DNA of 64,000 nt from Mytilus edulis (taxonomy: Eukaryota), in assembly GCF_963676685.1 (NCBI RefSeq), contig NC_092345.1, forward strand, positions 69,130,001-69,194,000. The letters run 5' to 3'. Shown here piece after piece: positions 51,601 to 62,300 of the stretch. Below the pieces are notes generated by a model. The model searched no databases. It was given only the letters and a program-made list of their open reading frames with translations, and had not been told where the DNA came from. The number at the start of each line of letters is the position of its first letter. The stretch's first letter is position 1. Made by a program: the position numbers and the translations under genes.

Positions 51601-54600
51601 AGTTTGGCATGTAAATTATTTAATTCTTGGATGCCAGTTCTTGCTGAACAACTTAAAGGCTTGGTTGTTTGGCTTCCAAGAGAAACAATTCGAGCTTGTA
51701 TTCCCGAATCTTTTCGTGAAAATTATCCTCGTACAACTGTGATAATTGATTGTGCTGAGACATTTATACAAAGACCAACAAATCTTAAGAGTAGGTCAGA
51801 GACTTATAGTAACTACAAGTCACATAATACTGCAAAATATCTTGTTGGCATTGCACCTCATGGACATATAATGTTTATATCTCGGGCTTTTGGAGGTAGG
51901 GCAAGTGATAAATTCATAGTAGAAAAAAGTGGCTTTTGTCAGTATCTTTTGCCAGGAGACGAGGTGATGGCAGATAGAGGTTTCACAATTGATGATTTAC
52001 TTTTCCCACTCAGAGTCAAACTGAATATTCCAGCCTTTACAAAATGTCAACCACAACTTAGTAATGAGGATTTAACAACAACCAGGCGTATAGCAAGAGT
52101 AAGAATTCATGTGGAGCGTGCGATTCGTAGACTTAAAGTTTTCAAAATTCTAAGTAGTACTGTTCCAGTGTCCTCCTTGAAAAACTTTGATGACATTCTT
52201 CTTGTATGTTCAGCCCTTGTGAACTTAAGATCAGACTTAATAAGAGAACCTGATGAATTTGCTGAAATTTAAGTTCTTTATTCAGATAGTTTATTTTGAC
52301 TTGGTCTCATGTGTACAATTTTGTTAATAACCTAACACCTTATAGTTCAATTGATATTTGCCACTGGACATTAAAAAACAATCAATCATCTTTATGTGTC
52401 ATACCAGTCGGATACATGTATACATTTATATATACAAATGTAGGCATAATATTTACTAAACTATATATTGCATGAACATGATGAATGAGTTTCTCTTTCA
52501 ATAAATATATATATATATATATATATAAAGTTAAAAAAGGGGAGGCCAAAAGCATGGTTCATGTATGCTTTCTCTGGATCAATCTTTGTGAACTATTTGT
52601 GCACACATACACATTTATGTATCAGCACCGGCTTCTTTCACCACACAACATGTAGCTTTAAGTAAAATTATTTTTCAAATATGCTTTTCGGGGGGGGGGG
52701 GGGGCTCATTATTGAAGACTGTTTATCTAGGTTACATACATTTGTACATGTATATTTGTTAACATTGTTGTTTTGCTTTTTTTGTTGATACTTATAATTG
52801 AAGTTGTCTTATTGGCAATCACACCACACCTGTACATAAGGGGGGCTCATTGTTGAAGACTGGTGACATAAATTTGTACATGTATATTAGTTAACATTGT
52901 TGTTTTGCTTTTATTGTTGATACTTATTAAGTTGTCTTATTGGCAATCACACCTGTACATATGCATGTACATGCACTACAACTGATTACAGTAAAAAAAA
53001 ATTAAAAATAAAACATAATTTTATTCTTCTTTACATTTGTTTGTCACTGTTTAATGATTCAAATGTACATACATAAATCGGTTCTTATTGACTCAAATGT
53101 ATCCAATTTTATTCTGTTTTATGTTTATATTTGCCATATTTTAAAAAAGGAAGTGTCACTACTTAAAATGAACATGTGAAAGGTTTAACCTAAGTTAAAT
53201 TAAACGAAAGAATAGAAATATCTTGATCAGCTTGTGCAATTTTAATTACTTCATAAAATTTCTAAATATTCTACTTAGTACAAGACGATCATTGTCAATC
53301 TCATCGACTATTCTGTTCAGCATTTTATTAGAATAGAACGTCCTTAATCTGCGAACTAGTTGCTGAATATAATCTTCATCAAAAGCTATATCTATAAGAA
53401 TGTTATCATCTGGACTTCTCCAAATAAAAATTTTAGCTTTATGTAACCCGGTACAAAACATTGTTAATTGTATTTGCATAAAGTAGGCTCTGCTCCCTTT
53501 TTTCTTCAATACATAAATCCCCTCACTATTTTTTTCTACATCATATTTTGTATTGGCAATTAGTTCGTCTAAACAATTCCATTTGTTGGCAATAGGAAAT
53601 GGGCATTTCACTTCCAGTATAGTGTCCCCATTCATTATGCCATCAGGACTAGCTGATAGCCAATTTTCTGTCAACGACACATACATCCCATGATCAGTAA
53701 CGTTATGGCCCTCAGACTGTAAATATTTTTTCGCAATAGGTTCTTGCTCATTACCATATCTTGTAAACTTATTCCCTGTAAACTTAGGGTACAAATGTTC
53801 TCTGATAAATGCAGAGCAATCTGTGGTTTCCTTTATTGGAACTTTGCTAGCACTGCTAGCTGTAAGGCGTATTTTTCTGGCATCCTTCCACAACACACTT
53901 CCACTCTGTCCTTTGGTGTTCATATGTAACTCTTGGACCTTAGCAGGAGTGAGAGAAATGTACTTATTAACGAAGTTAGAACACTTTCCGCATGAGTCTA
54001 AGGCTGTATGATCGCCATGATCTTCTTGAATTATATCCTTAGTGAACGGTTTACATGTAAAACTTTTACTTGCCGTCGTTCCTTTGATGCTGAATAAAGG
54101 AAGTAGTTTAGAACTGTTAACTGCTTCCTTAAACTCTCTATCCAATGTATACATTGGTGTATCCCGACTACCTGGTATGTTATTATCTTCGTCACTGTCC
54201 ATTACATCTTCCCCTGCTTTCGGTTTTTTAAAAATAATGTTCAATAGGGGCTTTGGTTCCACATTTCTCGTTGTTCCACGATTCCATTTTGCATTTTCAT
54301 CCGTGCATGATACACCTGTCAAGTTGTTTCGAACTGCATGTTCAATTTTCCACAAAACAGCCCCAACATGACTACATGTACAAAATGTATGGCCTTGACC
54401 AGCCATACACGAACACCACCCGTTTACTATTGAGCCATCTTCATTACAAAGTACAAATACCTCATTTGTTCTTGAGACTGTTTGAGACGATCTTACTTCT
54501 CCTTTAAACATAATTGTCTTATTATTGTTAATATAATGCGTTGTAACACCAACGTTTCCACTTTGAAAATAGTTAAAGCTTTGAAGGCTTTTAAAGTTTT

Positions 54601-56342
54601 TCATTTGTTGACCGTCAACTGCTTTTGACTCCACAAGAAAGTTGTAAATATCTCCGTACATCATATTTGGCCATACACGCATGTCGTCAATCCATGTTTT
54701 GACTTTATCAACACCCGGAGGTTTCCATTCTTTTGCTACTGATGACATTATGTTGATTTTCTTCGTTAAGATCGATTGACAATAAAGGCTTGTTTACAAA
54801 TTTTTCACGGTTGTAATGGCGGCGCTGTTTACGACGACACCTAGGAGTCGCGTCTCTAACTAAGGGGGATAATCGAAAAAACCTGTCTATATGTACATTC
54901 ACAAAATATGAGTAAAAGTAAATAAAAATCATCATTAGATACCAGGATTAAAATTTTGGATGCCTCACGCATGTTCTACATTTATAGACTCATCAGTGAT
55001 GCTTGAATCAAGAATGTTAAAGGCCAATAAAATATGAAGTTGAAAATTGACTTATTTGACTTTATAGTATTTAATGAGTTGAAAATCTAGATAAACGATT
55101 ATTTAATGTAATTGGTCTACAGTCATTACACACAAAGTTCAAACAAAAAAGCTTATAGTATGGTGATTTTGGGAGGGTGACCAGGCAGAGGAAATGGGTA
55201 GCTATTTTGTGAAATCAATTTATGTCATTTTCAATTCATAGCCTTGAAATTTCACAGAAAAGTTGCACAAATATTGAAAGATTTGTTATCATTGAATTTG
55301 ATAGTGGATTTTTTTCATATTTTCCTGTCAGTTGAACTTAGAGTCTTAGACATTTTTTAGCAAAGGACAGAACCAATTTTCAACTAAGATCTTGAAGTTT
55401 AGCACTTGCTATTATGGAATTGATTGAGTAATAAAAAAAATATATACTTGTCTTTAATACCTCCAGCTAACAAAAGATAATTTATGGTAAATCTAGATGT
55501 TATAATGAGTTCATACATTTTTCAGAATACGATACAAGTTGTGCAAAGTTTGAATAGTATTGTTTATTCCTGAGTATGATTTTAGTGTGACTTTATTACA
55601 GAGAATGTTATAAATTTTCTGATGAGCCAGGCATTAAGTAAGATAGCCTTTCTTCCTTTTGGATACTTAATGGATCAGTGGAGATGGAGTGTATTTAGAG
55701 GGGAAACTCCTAAAGACAAGTATAATACAAAATGGTGGGATTTAAGGTAAAGAAATTCAAAATGTATTTGATATTTTTGATAGTGTATGTTTTAGTATTT
55801 AGAGTTATGTGTAAATTCCTTATCCATATGGGTTTCGTAATAACCTTGTGTGGTAGATGATCAGGAACAATGATTGTCTTCCATTGATTGCAGTTTATAG
55901 AAATGAATAGAGGATAGTAAACACTCATATTTATTACTTTAACCCCCAATTTAGGTTTTAAAGAATGGTGACATGATATATGCAATATAAAGCTATAGAC
56001 CAAAAAGTAATATTAATGAAATGAAATTTGGGGTATATGGTATTGAGACAGTAACTCAAGGACAAAAATAACCATAAAACATCAAGAAGTCAAGATAAAG
56101 TCTTCAACAGTTTAAAAATTATGTCCCCTTGTATTTGAATGAAGGAAACATCACTTATTACTCGATTTATTTCACTTGACTGGGCGGAGTTTAACCGGTT
56201 CGCTCATAATAAACCAGTCCATCTGTAGATGGGTGTTTTAGTATAAACTCATCAATGAAGTGTCCAGTCATTGTTTTGTAAATTCAATTGATGACACTGA
56301 TAGGTGATTAGAAATCAGTAATAATTATACCCCACGCAACGA

Positions 56343-56378
<36 letters not shown>

Positions 56379-59300
56379 CGTCCGTCTGTCCGTCCGTCAG
56401 TCCTGTTTCTTGTCATCGCAACTCCTCTGAAACTACACAACAGAATTTCATGAAACCTTTTCAGATAATAAGGACATACTATGTAGTTGTGCATATCGAC
56501 GGGAAATTATGATTCAATTTTATTTCTAGGAGTTACGCCCCTTTGAACTTATTTGCTTCAATGTACTTCTGCAACAGTTTGTCATCTCAACTCCTCTGAA
56601 AACACACAACAGAATTTCATGAAATTTTGTAGATAATAAGGACATACTATGTAGATGTGTATATTGACAGGAAATTATTATTCAAAATTTTTTCTTATAC
56701 AATTTTTTTTTCTTATACTTATTTAATTTCTCCAATGACAATGTGCGTACGTGGGGTATGTGAGCGTGCTCACTAAGGTTCTTTAATTATAACGGCAATC
56801 ATCCTTATCACACACATCTTAAAATAGACTGTCCTTATGCAAATTAAAACATAAGCTCCGCCCGATCAGATGAAATAACATTGGTAATACAATAAGAGCA
56901 AAAAAACTCTATCAATCAATAGTTTATGTTAGAGCATCTTTTCATCTTTCTGTAAAAGGGTCTTTGCAGAACTATTGATAAGCAGTGTCCATTGCAAAAA
57001 AAACGACAATATTAGAAGTGAATACAATAATAAGAAAAACAACGCTATTCTTGCATAATTATAACTTGAAGTATTTTTTTAATGTAGATGTAAATTCCAA
57101 GGAATATCCCCTCCAGTTGAAAGAACAGAAGAAGACTTTGATCCTGGAGCAAAATATCATATTCCAGGAAATACTCCTTATATCAGGTAAAGATCATATA
57201 TATTTTGATATCATCACTGCTCATAAGTTTACACTGAAATGCAGTCAACTTTAGCGTTTGATAGTTCATTGATAACATTCTGGCATATCACAAACAAACA
57301 ACTTGTAACGTCTCATTTCATTGGCTGAAAGATTCAAATACAACAACAATGATCGTAGTGTGCATGTGAATTGACACAGGTGACTGACTTTGGAATGTAC
57401 TATGTTACTACGAACGTAAAAACAAGGATTTGACAATGTTACAATGTATAGTTTACAAATCTTTGGTCAAAAGAATTAAATAAATGTTTTGTGAATTTCA
57501 AATAGTTGTGTCGAAATATTATACCGCAGCAACATAATTATCTTGAACCGCATTATGAAAAATATATGAATAAAAATAAAATTATGTGACATGTGAATGA
57601 TGTGACGCTTTTATACGGATGATTAAGGAGGGGGGCAATAGGGGGTCCTTTAACATGTTAACAACACCTCGATTTTGGCAAAAACAGTTAACAAAAAATG
57701 CAAAAATGCTGATAACAGTTAACAAAGTGGGGGGGGGGGACAGCTAACAGCTTAAATTGATCTCAGATAACAGTTAACAACACCTTAAAGAGGCCCATAA
57801 CAAGTTAACACAAAAAAGTATTTATAATGGATTTACACAATCCTCTTTTAGTGTTTTCATGCTATAAAACGAACACACCGACAGAACGTTACACAGTAGC
57901 TAAGCGTTTGGTCATTCAGAAATTACGTATCATTTACGGAGCAAATGGTCTCCGAAATATGCATGCGTATTTAAAATGAAATACAAAATCATACATGTAA
58001 GATAAACTGAGAAACAAAATATTAAGAAACTACTGACAGGGATGACTGAATGCATGTACAAGAAGGGACCCACCTTTTTATCAATACATTTAATGAATAA
58101 ACACGCTTTTAAAAACTGATTGTTTTTATGTAACTATTTTAATACATGTATTTACAATAGATAATTACGTTTGTTTTTCAACCGAGAATAGCAACACGGT
58201 TAATAATAAAATTCATTAAGTATATCGCTTGAGTTAACAAAGTACATTACTTCCACTGTGACATGGTTTGCCATCTCCATTTTTCTTTAAACAAAGTATT
58301 GTTGGTTTATACATGTTCTTAATTTACTCAGAATTCTGGATTTTTTTTCTCAAAACTAAGTTTACTGAATCAGAAAAAAATCACACTTTTCTTAGTCGAA
58401 TACCTAAAACCTGCGAAAGATATGAAAAGGCAGGATGAGCAACTTGGCAAAAAAAAAGGCCGGATGACGATTTATCCGGACAAACTAATAAAAAAAAGGC
58501 ATGACCAAATAGACCGAAAAATAAAAAGACAGGACAGAGATTACAACTAAAAAAAGGAACAAAATGTTTTATCCAAGTCCCCCCCTCCCTTCAAAATAAA
58601 ATGGTAGATCTCTTAATTCAGAACCAAATGAGAACACAGTTGAATAATTAAATATTTCGATGTGAAACCTGTTACTAAAAAGTTTTAAAATTTTACTATT
58701 GCACAAAATTATGAATTCAATGAATTTTACATGCACATGTATAAAAGCTAGAATTGCTATTGGATAATCAAGAACACAATCATGTACGTGAATACGATGA
58801 TGGAAGGTTATAACAACCTCGACCAGCTACGTTAATACTAATCAGTCCATTCAACTTGAAGTACGCATGTTCTATTTTCGCAGGTGTGAGGTCGAAGGTT
58901 TGAATTGACCAATATAACGATCGTTCCTTTACGAGTTAATCTAATAAAGTTTGTTTGACTGATTACGTCGCAATACCTTTCGCTAAGCTTTACCACATAT
59001 GAGTGTAGTGCTAAGCAAAGGAAAGAAGAAACACATGTCTTTTTATGTTAATGTTAATATATAAAAGCAAATCGGAAAAGATTCCCTGTTCTTTTAACTT
59101 TTAAAACCTAAAGAATTTTCCAATAATTTAAAAGTTTCTGCCTTTTGACAGAGTTTTGTTTAATACTTTTGAATTCAGTAAGAGTATATTACATGTCACT
59201 ATGGTATTTACTGTTCATGCACAGTACCAGGAGTAAAATCTTATGGGCAGTTGTATTAAAGTTACATAATTTCATTTAATGTATAAAAGTCCTGGGACTG

Positions 59301-62300
59301 GCAAAACAATTAGACTGTTGTTGATAGAGAATCTCTTTACAGATACTTTGTGAGTTATGTGATACAGTTCCAGTTCCATAAAGCTTTATGTGAGGCTGCA
59401 GGACACAAAGGAGCATTACATGAGTGTGACATCTACAATTCTACAGCTGCTGGGAAACTCTTGGGGTAAGATAGAAGGAAGTCTTTGTTGTATCTGAGGG
59501 AATAAAGTTGAATAATAAATAATTCTTTGGTTAAGAAGTGCAACTCTCATTTTATCAAGCAATTTTTTTACTAATTTATGTTGGCATTTTTAAGTATTAT
59601 AGATTATTTTTCTCCCCAAATACAATTGAATGATCAATCAAAGAAAACCAAGAGAAATAGCTGCTTCAACAACCTTTTCTGGTTTGACCTCATGAGCAAC
59701 AAGGTAAATAATTTTGAAATAAAGTTTTTAAGATCAAACATGTTAAATATATATGAATAAAGAAAAGGAAGAATATGTTGGGTGATGAGATAACAACTGA
59801 GGCACTTTATTTTCTTTTTATTTATGAAAAATGATAAACATTATTTTGGAATTATTTAGAGATATGCTGAAAATGGGCCAATCAAAACCATGGCCTGAAG
59901 CTATGAAAGCCATTACAAAGCAATCTAAAATGGATGTTTCTGCAATCTTGGAATACTTTGCACCCCTTATTGAATGGTTGAAAGAACAGAACAAAGGTCA
60001 AAGATCAGGTTGGACTGATTCCTGTCCTAACCCTGTGTCTGGGAAGCTTACAGATGAGGAATCAGCATGGTTATATGTAAACCAGTACAACACAATGGTA
60101 CAAGATGTCAACGCTAAACAAGGAGAAATTGATTGGTCATATGCCACAAATATAACAGATTACAACCAAGAAGTATCGGTTCGTAGATATAGGATATGTA
60201 TATATAATTGAAACAGATGCTTTTACAATCCATTAAAATTGGAGTGTAGCGTATCAGAACATCGGATTTTAATGAGATTGATGCTTTTATTTTAGATATT
60301 TGTATTGACTTTTGTGACATGGTAATAAATTGTTACCCTGAAGGCAAGACCTCAGAATGCTTTTGCAGCAAAGACTGTTTTATTTAAAAGTTTGGATGGA
60401 TTATTATAAATCGAAAGAAGTCAAATCATACATGTTTGTTATATTTTGTCTCTATAGCCTAAAACTCTCAAATTTGTTTTATGTTCACAATATTTGTATC
60501 TTTTGATATCAAAATCACTTTATGTTTTAGGTAAACTATAGTGTGACAGTTGCGAATTTTGAAAAAGAAGCTTACAGGAATGCCAGCATGTACGATTGGA
60601 AAAACTTCAAAAATGAGACTTTAAAAAGATTATTTACAAAGATCACCGATATAGGAACTAGTGCACTGGAAGATAAGGAAAAGCTACATGATGTAAGTAC
60701 AGGTCAATTGTATTGTGATACATTGAACTATTGATTATGGTGGATATATAGGTTTTAAACAATCATTGTAATCATTGTATATGAGTTTAATGTAATTATT
60801 ATGCTCAGCTTTGGGCACTGTGATTAGCAATAAAAATTATTCTATTCTATATGAACCACCCTGTCTGTCTGTCATCTGTAGTTTGAGTTTGTGATTACAT
60901 CAGTTTAAGAAAAATTTCAAATGATATTTCAATGACATTTGGTAAGCTTATATGTTAAACGAATCTTTTTTCATGTAGATTATTTGGCCCCACTCCATCA
61001 GTAATGCATAATGATTTTTTCAGTTTAAATGTTACCTTAGCAAAGCATGTCTCTCTATCAACATTGTATTTCCTTAACCCTTACCATGCGGTGACCGTCA
61101 TATGACGGGCGTACCCAATTAACCGTTATTTGGCTCCAATGGCGTTCCATACTTTTAGAAGTCCACTTTATGATACTTATTTTAAAAGTTATGGATGTTC
61201 CATCAACCTGAGGCTATCCATATTCACGTTTCTCATGTATAAGTAGCATTTTGAGCACAAATACGGACTTGGAAAATTGAAATTGGCTAAAACTCGGTTT
61301 TCTGGAGGGGTGGGCTTCACATCTGTATCTTACACAGGAAGTTCAGAGGCATAAAACTTGCACAAATAGTGCAAACCCACGGCCATATAACTACTGATCG
61401 TTATTATAATTGAAATACGCATAGGAAACAACTACTTCCGGTTTTGGGTCCATTTGAAGTCAAAAATCGGGAAAAATCGTGAAATTCAGTATTTTTGGTC
61501 CAAATGACCTTCTGTAGACTGCTGAACCAAGATCAGATTCACTCCGACCTAACAACTGCTGGGGTCAATTCGTTAACTAGGGTCAACTCTACATGCAGGC
61601 TACAGCTGGATACCTTTACCAGCATCCCTGGGTCTTCTTGGTCAAGAGAAAGAACGAAAAATAGGCAAAATTGACACTTTTTGCACCTGATGACCCAATT
61701 TGGGGAAAATTCCCGCCCACCCACCCCCGCCTCCTCACCCCGACCACCCCACCCCGTGATCACCTATATTAGATTTAAAGGAATCAATATGCTACAGCAA
61801 CAGGGCTAAGCTCATTTGCATATAATTTGCATATTTTTGCAAATAAACGAAAATTAGACATTTTCTGAAAACAATTCAGCATGGTAAGGGTTAAGGCCCT
61901 TGGTAGTAGAAACCAATTTTTGTCCAGTTTTAGCTCAAATTTGGATGTTTTTTCATCTTATTATGGGTCAGAACGGGTCAGGAAGGCCTCCAGATACAGG
62001 GATAAGTTCAAAAACGCTTAAAAAAATATTATATTTTTTTAAGTTTGTTAACCCTTACCATGCGGTGACCGTCATATGACGGGCGTACCCAATTAACCGT
62101 TATTTGGCTCCAATGGCGTTCCATACTTTTAGAAGTCCACTTTATGAAACTTATTTTAAAAGTTATGGATGTTCCGTCAACCTGAGGCTATCCATATTCA
62201 CGTTTCTCATGTATAAGTAGCATTTTGAGCACAAATACGGACTTGGAAAATTGAAATTGGCTAAAACTCGGTTTTCTGGAGGGGTGGGCGTCACATCTGT

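Larger units (their letters stand above)
50549..54888. mobile_element. ISL2EU-type (PIF/Harbinger-related) DNA transposon, ~4.34 kb, apparently intact, in ACE intron 8
   Basis: Ends AGACGGGTTT ... AAACCTGTCT flanked by AT on both sides (a TA reading is also possible). Two convergent intact ORFs and a perfect 21 bp subterminal inverted repeat. Confidence 0.9.

Noticed and set aside
53744-54507. plus-strand ORFs overlapping ORF2, and antisense ORFs over the LINE (26179-26692)
   Set aside because: These are shadow frames of real coding sequence with no motifs.
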